Counted from the first letter of the stretch, positions 27,434 to 36,783 are shown. The stretch is 64,000 nt of DNA from Burkholderiales bacterium (GCA_028864885.1 JAGWLR010000002.1:39171-103170), one strand, 5' to 3'. Translations and numbers: made by a program. Notes: generated by a model not told the origin, from the letters alone.

Positions 27434-27877
27434 TCACTGGATCAGCACGTGCAAGAACGCCACCAGCCGAGGGGGGCGCTCTACGGCATCCAACCAGTTC
27501 TTGACCACCAGGCCGAGTTCGGTGTCACCTTCGATGCTCAATCGCCGCTGGAAAAACAGCGTATCGGCATCCATATCGCCAGCGGCCATGCGCATGAAAT
27601 CCGCCAGATTGGCGGCAAGCTTTAATTCTGGTGAACCTTTCCAGATGGGGTAGAGTTGATCGCCGCGGCAGGTGAAGCGAAGCGTGAGCCCCGCGTCGCG
27701 CACTTCGATTTCGAACAGTCGGCCATGCAGTTCGGGGGGCATGGGCAGGGCCTGTGCCCATTGGGCCACGCGCCAGCCTGCGGCCAGAGGCAGGGCTGCC
27801 AAGGGGGGCGGAACGAGGTGACCCAGGCGCCGAATGAACGTCGGCAGACCGGAGGAGGTTGGACGTGCTGAAGTCAT
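27434..27877 (-). CDS. ubiT: SCP2-domain ubiquinone biosynthesis accessory factor UbiT
   Basis: SCP2-like C-terminus ...ANLADFMRMAAGDMDADTLFFQRRLSIEGDTELGL. 4-nt overlap with ubiV. Confidence 0.75.
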   Translation of the reverse strand: MTSARPTSSGLPTFIRRLGHLVPPPLAALPLAAGWRVAQWAQALPMPPELHGRLFEIEVRDAGLTLRFTCRGDQLYPIWKGSPELKLAANLADFMRMAAGDMDADTLFFQRRLSIEGDTELGLVVKNWLDAVERPPRLVAFLHVLIQ

Positions 27878-28785
27878 GGGCGAGCGCCTGGGTCGGACCA
27901 GATCATACCGGCCTGGCCTTGCCAGTATCCGTTGCAGCGGGAGATCTGTTCGGGCAGGGGAACCTCCAGCGGCGCGCTGTCATTGCGAAGGCAATCCAGC
28001 GAGGCGACGGCTTCCAGCGTGCCTCGAGATTGCGGACTCACGCGCAACACATTCACACCCATGTCAACCAGATCTTGGGTTTGAGGGATCAGATCGTGCA
28101 GGGCGGCGGATTGGGTTTGGATGCCATTGATGGTCAAGAAGCGTTGCCCCTCTTGCGAGTTCAAAGCCAGCCCATCCGGATGTTCGATGCAGCGGAAGCC
28201 GCAGTCGTCTTTCTTAAGGCAATAGTGGCGCGCGGTGAAGCAACGCGCTGAGAACGCCAGCGGCAGCCGGCCCCACACCAGCACTTCGGCCTCGGGGCGG
28301 GTGTCGCCACTGCTCTCAATCAGGGTGCGCATGTGCTTGCCACTCAATTCAAAGGGCAGAACCCAGCGATGGGCGCCCAGACCTTGCAGCCACTTGACCG
28401 TATCAGCGTGATACGTGTTGAGATGGGGGCCGGCCACGAAGCGGCGCCCTTGCAAGGATCGGATCGCACCCAGATCCCCCGCTTCGATGTCGAAGTCGGT
28501 CTGGCTGGTGAGCCGGCGCATGGTGTGCGCATCCGTCTCGGTGTCGATCAGGGTTTGGGTGGACAGCACCACTTCCTTGCCTGCTTCGCGCAAGCTGGCA
28601 GCCAGCTCGAGCCAGTCGGGCAGCCGCATCTCATGGCGGCGGCTGCACACGGTTTCACCCAGGTAGACGATGTCGGCAGGGCTGTCCGCCACTTGGGCAT
28701 AAAAGGCCAACACGTCTTGTCGCGGCCAGTAGTAAAGCAGCGGGCCGACGGCAATGCGAAACGATGGGGTCATGGATAAGCTCAC
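27874..28785 (-). CDS. ubiV: U32-family O2-independent ubiquinone hydroxylation factor UbiV
   Basis: Collinear with E. coli YhbV: GPLLYYWPRQ...IVYLGETVCSRR, LPLAFSARCFTAR, NGIQT, CNGYW. Confidence 0.85.
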   Translation of the reverse strand: MSLSMTPSFRIAVGPLLYYWPRQDVLAFYAQVADSPADIVYLGETVCSRRHEMRLPDWLELAASLREAGKEVVLSTQTLIDTETDAHTMRRLTSQTDFDIEAGDLGAIRSLQGRRFVAGPHLNTYHADTVKWLQGLGAHRWVLPFELSGKHMRTLIESSGDTRPEAEVLVWGRLPLAFSARCFTARHYCLKKDDCGFRCIEHPDGLALNSQEGQRFLTINGIQTQSAALHDLIPQTQDLVDMGVNVLRVSPQSRGTLEAVASLDCLRNDSAPLEVPLPEQISRCNGYWQGQAGMIWSDPGARP

Positions 28786-29777
28786 TTCCAGGGGCGCTCG
28801 TAAGCACCCTGTGTCACTTGGGCCCCTTCAGCCTGGGCTGCCAGGCGGGCCTGCCACTCGGGGCGCACGCTGTAGCGGTGCGGGTTGCCGCAGGCGGCAT
28901 CCACCGCAGCCCTCAAGACCTGCACCACCTGCGACACATAAGCCGGGCTGCGCTGTCGTCCCTCGATCTTCAAGGCGGCCACCCCCATCTCGACCAACTG
29001 TGGCAGCAAGCCAATGGCGTTCAAGCTGGTGGGTTCTTCCAGCGCATGGTCGAACTCGCCTTCCACCTCAAACCGGCCCTTGCACAAGGTTGGGTAGGCG
29101 GCGTTTTCGCCGGGGCCATAGTTGTCGATCATCACGCCACCCAATCGGGCTTCGAGGTGCTGATTTTTTTCAACCCAACGCACCGCATGAGCGGGTGAAC
29201 ACACGCCTTTGTTGTTGGGCGAATCCCCCGTGGCATAAGAAGACAGCAGGCAGCGGCCTTCTGCCATCACGCACAGGCTGCCAAAGCCAAACACCTCGAT
29301 CTCGACAGGGCTGGATTCGATGAGCCGAGCGATCTCTCTCAAGGTGAGCACGCGTGGCAACACCACCCGCTGGATGCCAAACTGCTCGTGCATCAGGGCG
29401 ATCGAATCGGCATGTGTGGCCGAGCCCTGCACCGACAGATGCAGGCGCAGATCGGGATAGCGATCCCGTGCATAGCACAGCAAGCCCGGGTCGGCCAGGA
29501 TGATGGCATCGGCTCCCAGCAACACGGCCTGATCGATGGCCTCATGCCATTCGCGGGTGCGGCCAGGCTGCGGGAAAGTGTTGATCGCAAACAGCACACG
29601 CTTGTGCAGGCTTTGCGCCAGCTCAATGCCTTGTCGCAAAGACTGGGTGTCGAAATTCAGGCCCGCAAAGTTGCGCGCATTCGTGCCGTTTTTCAAGCCG
29701 ACGTACACGGCGTCGGCCCCTGCAGTGAGGGCAGCCTTGAGGGCGGCCAGACTGCCGGCTGGAGCCACCAGCTCCAT
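28782..29777 (-). CDS. ubiU: U32-family O2-independent ubiquinone hydroxylation factor UbiU
   Basis: From MELVAPAGSL the product is 331 aa, the same length as E. coli YhbU. Long identical blocks include GADAVYVGLK..TNAR.FAGLNF, FGSLC.M.EGRC.LSSY, YPTLCKGR and KIEGRQRSPAYVSQV. Upstream in-frame starts at 29798 and 29849 are possible. Confidence 0.9.
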   Translation of the reverse strand: MELVAPAGSLAALKAALTAGADAVYVGLKNGTNARNFAGLNFDTQSLRQGIELAQSLHKRVLFAINTFPQPGRTREWHEAIDQAVLLGADAIILADPGLLCYARDRYPDLRLHLSVQGSATHADSIALMHEQFGIQRVVLPRVLTLREIARLIESSPVEIEVFGFGSLCVMAEGRCLLSSYATGDSPNNKGVCSPAHAVRWVEKNQHLEARLGGVMIDNYGPGENAAYPTLCKGRFEVEGEFDHALEEPTSLNAIGLLPQLVEMGVAALKIEGRQRSPAYVSQVVQVLRAAVDAACGNPHRYSVRPEWQARLAAQAEGAQVTQGAYERPWK

Positions 29778-29860
29778 CGATGTGGACGGGATTGACATGA
29801 TGGGCGCCAGTGTGCGCCGCACCCGAAAAATTGCCTTGTCCTCGATCAAGAGCCCGTCAC

Positions 29861-30562
29861 TCAGACGGGGTGCCAGTCGTTGTTGATCTTGCCGTCCACA
29901 ATGCCGATGCGGCGGTCTGCCCCCGAAGCGAATGAGCCATCATGGGTGACCGCCACCACGGTTTTGCCCATGTCCCTGGTGAGGCTTTGCAGCATCGCAC
30001 GCACGTTCTGGCTAGACGCTGAATCGAGGTTGCCCGTGGGTTCATCGGCCAGGATGACCAAGGGATCATTGGCGAGTGCGCGTGCGATCGCCACCCGCTG
30101 GCGTTGCCCGCCCGACAATTGGCTCGGGTGTTTGTAGGCCTGTTCTTTCACGCCCAGGTGATCCAGCAGATCCAGGGCCCGCCCGCGTGCAGCGTCATCG
30201 TTGAGCTGCCCCAGCTTGCGCATGGGCAGGGTGACGTTGTCGATGACCGTGAATTCGGCCAGCAGGAAGTGAAACTGAAACACGAAGCCCAGCTTCGCCA
30301 GGCGCCGATCCGACAAGTCATCTTCGTTGTAATGGGTGGTGTCTTCGCCATCCAGCAAGATGCGCCCTTCATCGGGCAGATCCAGCAGCCCCAGCAGGTA
30401 CAACAAGGACGACTTGCCCGAACCCGAAGGGCCCATGATGCAGACGAATTCGCCGCGCTGGATCTCAAGCGACACGCCGTTGATGAGGGTGACCGGAACC
30501 TCGCCCGGGATGCGGCGAACCAGGTTGTCGGCTCGCAGAACGGGAGGATGGGATGCGCTCAT
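29861..30562 (-). CDS. ABC transporter ATP-binding protein (MacB/LolD type)
   Basis: Walker A GPSGSGKSS, signature LSGGQRQRVAIARAL, Walker B ILADEPTGNLD. Confidence 0.9.
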   Translation of the reverse strand: MSASHPPVLRADNLVRRIPGEVPVTLINGVSLEIQRGEFVCIMGPSGSGKSSLLYLLGLLDLPDEGRILLDGEDTTHYNEDDLSDRRLAKLGFVFQFHFLLAEFTVIDNVTLPMRKLGQLNDDAARGRALDLLDHLGVKEQAYKHPSQLSGGQRQRVAIARALANDPLVILADEPTGNLDSASSQNVRAMLQSLTRDMGKTVVAVTHDGSFASGADRRIGIVDGKINNDWHPV

Positions 30563-31803
30563 GTGGCTCCCCGCAAGATGTCAACTGGGTGCACACGGCC
30601 CGCCTTGCGTGCGGGCAAATAGGCGGCGGCCACGCATGAGGCCATGGCGAACATGGCCGCCAGCACGAACTGCTCTGAGCCCCACCAGATCGGCAGGTGA
30701 ACCAGCTCCGTCATGCCCGGCGCCTTGATCTCGAGTTGTCCCAGGATGCGCATCAGAATGGCCCCGAAAATCAGCCCCACGCCACTACCGATCAGGCCAA
30801 CGATCAGGCCCTCGAACAAAAAAATCAGGCGAATGTCGCGCGAGTGAAAGCCCATCGATTTGAGGATCGCGATGTCCTTGGTCTTTTCCATCACGATGGT
30901 CGAGATCGTGTTGTAGATGCCGAACGCGGCTACCACCAGGATGGCCGACACCACGCTGTACATGATCAGGTTGCGCACCAGCAGCAAGCTGAGGATGTCT
31001 TCCGAAGCCTCGATCCACGACACCGATTTGTAGCCAAATTTGGTTTCGACTTCCTTGGCGATGGCAGGTGAGTCATAGGGTTCGTTCATCTGCACGATGA
31101 TGCGGTTGACGCGGTTAGGGCGGTCCAGCAAACCTTGCGAGCGCTTGAGCATCATGAAGGTCTGGCTTTCGTCATAGTTGGCGATGCCCGTGCGGAAGAT
31201 GCCCACGATCTTCATGGTTCGATTCTGCCCGCTGGGCGACAGGATGCTCAGCGTGTTGCCCATGCGCAGATTGAACTTGTCGGCCAGACCTTTGCCGATC
31301 ACGATGCCATTGGGGGTGGCGTTCAGTGCCTCCAGGTCACCTGTGAGGAACTTTTCATCAATGGTGGTCACCTGGCGCATCTTGGCTGGCACCACGCCGG
31401 ACAAGGTGATGCCTTGCTGCTTGCCGGCAAAGTTCAACACCGCCGTGCCCTGCAGCACTGGGGCGGCACGCACCCCGGGTTGTGCTTCCAGAAACTCGAG
31501 GATCTGCCGGTAGCCCCGGATGCCGCGCGGCTCATTCGGTACTTTGACATGGTTGGTACGCACGGCCCCATCGGGCCAGGCCGTCCATGCCGGTTGCGGC
31601 TGGGGGTTGCGGAATTCATCCGACACCGTGACGTGCGGGCTGTTGTCGACCATGCGCTTGAGGAAGTCCTTTTCAGACCCGCGCATCAAAGACGACACGG
31701 CCAGGAAGAAGGCCACCCCCAGCACCACCCCCGACAGCGACACCAAGGTCTGCCGCCGTCGACTGGTCAAGTGGCCCAGCGCCACATCAAGCTGGATCTT
31801 CAT
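30559..31803 (-). CDS. ABC transporter permease, FtsX/MacB-LolCE family
   Basis: An N-terminal TM segment, a large periplasmic domain, then three C-terminal TM segments. 4-nt overlap with the ATPase gene. Confidence 0.85.
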   Translation of the reverse strand: MKIQLDVALGHLTSRRRQTLVSLSGVVLGVAFFLAVSSLMRGSEKDFLKRMVDNSPHVTVSDEFRNPQPQPAWTAWPDGAVRTNHVKVPNEPRGIRGYRQILEFLEAQPGVRAAPVLQGTAVLNFAGKQQGITLSGVVPAKMRQVTTIDEKFLTGDLEALNATPNGIVIGKGLADKFNLRMGNTLSILSPSGQNRTMKIVGIFRTGIANYDESQTFMMLKRSQGLLDRPNRVNRIIVQMNEPYDSPAIAKEVETKFGYKSVSWIEASEDILSLLLVRNLIMYSVVSAILVVAAFGIYNTISTIVMEKTKDIAILKSMGFHSRDIRLIFLFEGLIVGLIGSGVGLIFGAILMRILGQLEIKAPGMTELVHLPIWWGSEQFVLAAMFAMASCVAAAYLPARKAGRVHPVDILRGAT

Positions 31804-31811
31804 GGGTCAGC

Positions 31812-32813
31812 TCAAGGTTGGCCTGCACGCAGCGCTCGGCCTTCGGTCAAGTCAGCCGGCGGCACGGTCACCACTTTCGCATCGGCCGGCAGGCCAGACA
31901 GGATTTCGGTCTTGCTGGTGCCCGCGATGCCGATCTTCACGGCTTGCTGATGCGCCCGACCGTCTTGCATGATCCAGACGCTGTCCTTCACCACCGCGGT
32001 GCTAGGCACCAGCAAGGCGTTGTCGCGTTGGGTCACCACCAGGTTGGCTTCCACCGTCATGCCGGCCAATAGGCCTTGTGTGCGATCAAGCTGAATGCGC
32101 ACGCGGTAGCTGCGTGACACGGGGTCGCCCTTGGGCGTGATCTCGCTGACCGTGCCCTTCAAGGTCTGGCCCGGCAGGGCATCGGCGCGCAGCACGACGA
32201 GCTGGCCCTTGCGTACACGCCCAATGTCCTCTTCGTCCACATCCACCGTGGCCCGCAACGGGGCACAACAAGCCAGGCTCATCAGCACCTGCCCGGCGGT
32301 CAAGACTTGGCCCACTTCACCATCGCGGCGCAGCACCATGCCGTCGGCCGGGGCGGTGAGGGACAGGTAGTCGCGCAGCGACTGGGCGCGCTTGACCGTG
32401 GCTTGTGCGGCATCCAGATCCGACTTGGCCCGATCCAGCTCCACCTGGGCCAGAAAATGCTGAGCGACCAGTTCACGGGTGCGCTCGTATTGCGCGCGGG
32501 CCAGCTTTTCGCGGGCCAGTGCTTCGTCCACCGAGCTTTGCAGGTCGCCGGCATCAAGCTTGGCCAGCACCTGTCCTTTGCGAACGGTGTCGCCTTCGTC
32601 GGCCAGCAAGGCCACCAAACGGCCCGTCACCTTCGAGGCGATGGGAATGGTCACCGTTGGCTCGATCGAGCCGGCCGCGTACACCGCATCGATGGCGGGG
32701 CCACGCGTCACGGGCGTCACCGTCACATCAAGCGGTCGGTGCTTCCATGCATATCCAATCCCCAGGCCGACTGCCAGCACCACGGGCAGGGCGATCCACC
32801 ATTTTTTGCTCAC
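31812..32813 (-). CDS. efflux periplasmic adaptor (HlyD/MFP family)
   Basis: N-terminal anchor, lipoyl-like GDTVRKGQVLAKLD, a coiled-coil hairpin, and beta-barrel domains. Confidence 0.85.
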   Translation of the reverse strand: MSKKWWIALPVVLAVGLGIGYAWKHRPLDVTVTPVTRGPAIDAVYAAGSIEPTVTIPIASKVTGRLVALLADEGDTVRKGQVLAKLDAGDLQSSVDEALAREKLARAQYERTRELVAQHFLAQVELDRAKSDLDAAQATVKRAQSLRDYLSLTAPADGMVLRRDGEVGQVLTAGQVLMSLACCAPLRATVDVDEEDIGRVRKGQLVVLRADALPGQTLKGTVSEITPKGDPVSRSYRVRIQLDRTQGLLAGMTVEANLVVTQRDNALLVPSTAVVKDSVWIMQDGRAHQQAVKIGIAGTSKTEILSGLPADAKVVTVPPADLTEGRALRAGQP

Positions 32814-32911
32814 GGTCGGGACATCCTTATCTAACGATTCAGAAGAGTATGACCCGCATTTTCCATCCGAGTTTGACCAATGGCGTTCTGCCTCAATTCA
32901 TTAATATTGAC

Positions 32912-33499
32912 TCAATGGGGCCACAGCCAGCGCTTGGTGCCCTGGAAATCGATCTTGTCCACCGATAGGGAGCCAAAGGAGTTGTCCGAGTGCCCCATGG
33001 TGATCGATTGCACCTTGAAGCTCGGCATCACATCGCTGCTCAAGCCCGCATTGGGGAAGGCAATCTGGACCACATCCCCGCCGGTGTAAATCCCGGCGGC
33101 AATGGCGGCGTTCATCTGTTGGGCAGTCTGGCTGCTGGCCGTGACGGTGCCAGATTCGCCCAGATAAGGCTGCATCGAACTGGCCACCGCATTGCCGAAG
33201 CTGCCGGGGGTGTTGGCATCGCTCACGTAGTTCAGGGGCTGGCCACGCAAGATGTCGTAACGCCGAACGAACATGCCGTTGATGGCAATCCCGTTGAAGG
33301 AAATGGAGCCGCCGTTGGCATCGGTGTCGGTGTAGACGAAAGCGTCCGTCTTGATGTGAAGGTCACCCATCAAGGTGACGCCGTCTTGGCCTTGCACCGA
33401 GCGCAGGTCTTGATCGCTCAGCGGGCCGGAAGCCTGGGCCACCGCACAGGCGCTCAAGTAAGTGAGCGCAGCGATTCCTGATTTGAAAGCGACTTTCAT
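32912..33499 (-). CDS. small secreted protein, DUF6160-like
   Basis: ATG 33499 sits behind AAGGAG. Signal peptide ALTYLSACAVAQA. The mature N-terminus PLSDQDLRSVQGQDGV is typical of that family as I remember it. Confidence 0.45.
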   Translation of the reverse strand: MKVAFKSGIAALTYLSACAVAQASGPLSDQDLRSVQGQDGVTLMGDLHIKTDAFVYTDTDANGGSISFNGIAINGMFVRRYDILRGQPLNYVSDANTPGSFGNAVASSMQPYLGESGTVTASSQTAQQMNAAIAAGIYTGGDVVQIAFPNAGLSSDVMPSFKVQSITMGHSDNSFGSLSVDKIDFQGTKRWLWPH

Positions 33500-33561
33500 G
33501 GCATCTCCTTGACTAGGCAATTTTTGTCAGCGTAGCCGCAGATGCCGAAACATGCCACTGT

Positions 33562-33572
33562 CGATTGTCAAT
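33562..33572 (+). promoter_or_regulatory. copy of the CGATTGTCAAT motif upstream of the DUF6160-like gene
   Basis: Identical 11-mer to 20021-20031. Lies 63 nt upstream of ATG 33499 and antiparallel to the gene, as at the porin site. Confidence 0.4.
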
Positions 33573-33739
33573 GTTCTTGCAATTTGACTGGAGATCAAAA
33601 GACAAATGCCGACACAAGCCTCTCGGCCGGTCGGCACCGGGGTGCGGGCACCCAAACCTGAACGAAGTCCACCATCGGTGTCCGATTGGCGGGGACAGGT
33701 GATTGGCTGAGCCGATGGCGTCAGCCGGCTCAACTGGGT

Positions 33740-34414
33740 TCAGAACCGATAGTTCAGACCCAAACTGATCTGGGGGATGAAGGAGATCTTGCCGACCCCA
33801 TCGCGCAACTGTTGGGTTTCTTGGTCGATGTCGCTTTGCGAGGCGTGATCGAGAACGGGCCCGGTTGCTTTGAACTCGACCTTGGGTTTGCCGATGGTGG
33901 CACCCAGATCGGCCACAAAGCCAAAACCCTTGTCACTGTGCTGATGGCCCCAACCGATGCCCAGGTAGGGCGTGGTCGACGGGAACTTCACCGACGCATC
34001 GACATGATCGTCCGGGGTCAGCAGGTAGGAGTTGTTGCCGATTTGAACGGTCGAGCCCGCTTGCGCGGTCGAATGCAGCTTGATTTCTTGATGGTTGAAG
34101 GTCAGGCCGCCACTGAACCGGAAGCCACCGTTGAACGGAAAGTAGTCACCAAAGATGCCCAAGCGGGTGAAGGCCAGCGTGGCTTGGTAATCGATGCCGG
34201 ATTCGGTGGCGTTCTTCTTGTAGTTGCCAAGGGTTGCCACGTCGGCGCGCACGGTGAACATCGGGTTGATGGCTTGCGCGTAGCCGAACATCAGGCCAGG
34301 GAGGCCGACACCTGCGTACACCTCGCCAGCGTTGGCCGTTGCGGTGAGGCAGCAGGCGAACAGGGTTGCCAGGCAGAGCTTGCTCGATGAACGAATCATG
34401 TGGATCGCTTTCAT
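33740..34414 (-). CDS. small outer-membrane beta-barrel protein (OmpA-like 8-strand / OmpW-like)
   Basis: Signal peptide LFACCLTATANA, alternating strands, terminal ...SLGLNYRF. Confidence 0.7.
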   Translation of the reverse strand: MKAIHMIRSSSKLCLATLFACCLTATANAGEVYAGVGLPGLMFGYAQAINPMFTVRADVATLGNYKKNATESGIDYQATLAFTRLGIFGDYFPFNGGFRFSGGLTFNHQEIKLHSTAQAGSTVQIGNNSYLLTPDDHVDASVKFPSTTPYLGIGWGHQHSDKGFGFVADLGATIGKPKVEFKATGPVLDHASQSDIDQETQQLRDGVGKISFIPQISLGLNYRF

Positions 34415-34539
34415 GGGGGCTTCCGGGAGGATGCGTTGTTGACTTCCTTGTCACAACAGCAACTGCGGAATATAGGTGTGGGGCCCCCGGTGCGATCTCC
34501 GTAATAGCGGTCCAAAGAGTGGCCACTTTCGCGGCAGTC

Positions 34540-35352
34540 TTACAACTCGAAGTCGTAATCGATGGTCAGCGGCGCATGGTCGCTGAACCACTGCTCCTTG
34601 TAGATCTGCGCCTGCCGCGCCAGTTGGGCCATGCCTGGGGTGGCCAGGTGGTAATCAATCCGCCACCCCACGTTCTTGGCGCGGGCCTGGCCCCGGTTGC
34701 TCCACCATGTGTAGCAGGCATCGGTGGTGTCGGGGTGCAGCACGCGGTACACGTCGATCAGGCGGGTATCCCCAGCCGGGTCCAGCAGCGCCGTCATCCA
34801 GGCACGCTCTTCTGGCAGAAAGCCGCTGTTTTTCAGGTTGCCCTTCCAGTTCTTCAGGTCGGCTTCTTTGTGCGCGATGTTCACGTCGCCGATCAGGATG
34901 AACTCGCGGTCTTCGCGCAGTCGGGCCAGATGGGGCCGGATCACATCCAGAAAGCGGAACTTGGCCTGTTGGCGGTCTTCCGAGCTGGAGCCGCTCGGAA
35001 AATAGCAACTGATGATCGAGAGCTTGCGGCCGGGCTTGTCGAAGCGCATCTCCACATATCGGCCTTCGGGGTCGAATTCGCCTGTCGGGTCGTTGCCCCC
35101 CAGGCCCACGATCACGTCGGAAGGCTCATGGCGGCTGTAGAGCCCAACCCCCGAGTAGCCCTTTTTCTCGGCATGGTGGAAGTGCCCCGGCATGCCGGCG
35201 ATGTTCGACAACGAAGGGGTCAGATCGGCCGCTTGCGCCTTGAGCTCCTGCACGCCCATACAATCGGCGTTCAACGCTTCAGCCCAGGGCAGCAGCCCCT
35301 TGTTCGCGGCAGACCGAATGCCGTTGAGGTTGAGGGATACCAGTCTAAACAC
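34540..35352 (-). CDS. xthA: exodeoxyribonuclease III
   Basis: LVSLNLNGIRSA, IGDVNIAH, and SDHAPL near the C-terminus. Confidence 0.9.
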   Translation of the reverse strand: MFRLVSLNLNGIRSAANKGLLPWAEALNADCMGVQELKAQAADLTPSLSNIAGMPGHFHHAEKKGYSGVGLYSRHEPSDVIVGLGGNDPTGEFDPEGRYVEMRFDKPGRKLSIISCYFPSGSSSEDRQQAKFRFLDVIRPHLARLREDREFILIGDVNIAHKEADLKNWKGNLKNSGFLPEERAWMTALLDPAGDTRLIDVYRVLHPDTTDACYTWWSNRGQARAKNVGWRIDYHLATPGMAQLARQAQIYKEQWFSDHAPLTIDYDFEL

Positions 35353-35369
35353 AACGCACCATTTTCATC

Positions 35370-36047
35370 ATGAGCAACACCCCATCGAACGACGCACTGG
35401 CCCAGGATTTCGTTGCCTTTGCCGTGCAGTCCAAGGTGCTGCGGTTTGGGGAATTCAAGACCAAAGCGGGGCGACTGTCGCCCTACTTCTTCAACGCTGG
35501 CTTGTTCGACGACGGCGCCAAGCTGGGCCGTCTGGCCGAATTCTATGCACGCCGTCTGATCGCGTCCGGCCTGCAGTTTGACATGCTCTTTGGCCCGGCC
35601 TACAAGGGCATCACCCTGGCGGCGGCCGTGTCCATTGAGCTGGCTCGCCTGGGGCACAACAAGCCTTTCGCCTACAACCGCAAAGAAGCGAAGGACCATG
35701 GCGAGGGTGGCGCCCTGGTTGGGGCTCCGGTCCAAGGGCGTGTCTTGATCATCGATGATGTGATCTCCGCAGGCACTTCCGTGCGCGAGTCGATCGACCT
35801 GATTCTCAAGGCGGGCGCCACCCCAGCTGGCGTGACGATTGCTCTGGATCGCCAGGAAAAAGCCACGGCCAACGGGCAGGACGCCACCGAAAGTGCGGTG
35901 CAGCAAGTGGAACAACATTACAAACTGCCAGTTGTTTCCATCGCGACGCTGGGTGATCTGTTGCAATATCTGCAGTCACAATCCGATCCTGCGCTCAGTG
36001 CAGCCTACCCGGCAGTGTTGGCCTACCGTCAACGCTACGGGGTGTGA
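35370..36047 (+). CDS. pyrE: orotate phosphoribosyltransferase
   Basis: LRFGEFKTKAGRLSPYFFNAG and the PRPP loop VLIIDDVISAGTS. Confidence 0.95.
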   Translation: MSNTPSNDALAQDFVAFAVQSKVLRFGEFKTKAGRLSPYFFNAGLFDDGAKLGRLAEFYARRLIASGLQFDMLFGPAYKGITLAAAVSIELARLGHNKPFAYNRKEAKDHGEGGALVGAPVQGRVLIIDDVISAGTSVRESIDLILKAGATPAGVTIALDRQEKATANGQDATESAVQQVEQHYKLPVVSIATLGDLLQYLQSQSDPALSAAYPAVLAYRQRYGV

Positions 36048-36084
36048 TCGCGTTGAACCTTCATCCGCCCGAAGGCCAAAGGAT

Positions 36085-36777
36085 ATGAACTTGACCCCGC
36101 GTCGCCAGAGTTTTCCGAGCGTGTTGTCTGCCTTGCGCGTGTGGCTGGTCGGCGTTGCGCTGTCGATGCCCTTGTGGGGGCACGCCGTCATCTATACCTG
36201 TGTCGATGCCCATGGCAAACGCTACACCTCGGATCGCCCGATTGTGGAGTGCCTGGACCGCGAGCAACGCGTGCTCAACCAGGATGGCTCGCAACGGAAA
36301 TTGGTGCCGCCGCGCATGAATGCCGAAGAGCGTGCCGCGGCCGAGGAGCGTGAACACCAACGCCAGGTGGCCGAAGCGGCGCAAAAAGATGCGATCCGTC
36401 GTGACCGCAACCTCATGATGCGCTATCCCACCGAACAGTCGCACCAAAAGGCCAGAGAAGCGGCGTTGGATGATCTGAAGAACGCGATCAAGACCTCTGA
36501 GCTGCGCGTGGCCGAGTTGCAGTCCGAACGCAAGCCCCTGGAAGCCGAAGCCGAGTTCTACAAAGGCAAGGCCTTGCCACCCAAGCTGCGCACCAAGCTC
36601 GAGGCCAATGACGCGGCCCAACAGGCTCAGCGCGATGTGATCCAGGGCCAAAAGGCCGAAATCGTCCGGATCAACGCCTTGTACGATGCAGAGTTGGCCC
36701 GGCTCAAAAAGCTGTGGGCTGGCGCCCCTCCGGGCTCCATTGCCGCTGATCCGGCTGCGTCATCGGCCTCCCAATAA
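36085..36777 (+). CDS. DUF4124 domain-containing protein
   Basis: Signal/anchor segment, then IYTCVDAHGKRYTSDRP (DUF4124 signature), followed by a charged coiled-coil region. The track ORF starts too far upstream, inside pyrE. Confidence 0.7.
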   Translation: MNLTPRRQSFPSVLSALRVWLVGVALSMPLWGHAVIYTCVDAHGKRYTSDRPIVECLDREQRVLNQDGSQRKLVPPRMNAEERAAAEEREHQRQVAEAAQKDAIRRDRNLMMRYPTEQSHQKAREAALDDLKNAIKTSELRVAELQSERKPLEAEAEFYKGKALPPKLRTKLEANDAAQQAQRDVIQGQKAEIVRINALYDAELARLKKLWAGAPPGSIAADPAASSASQ

Positions 36778-36783
36778 GCCGAA

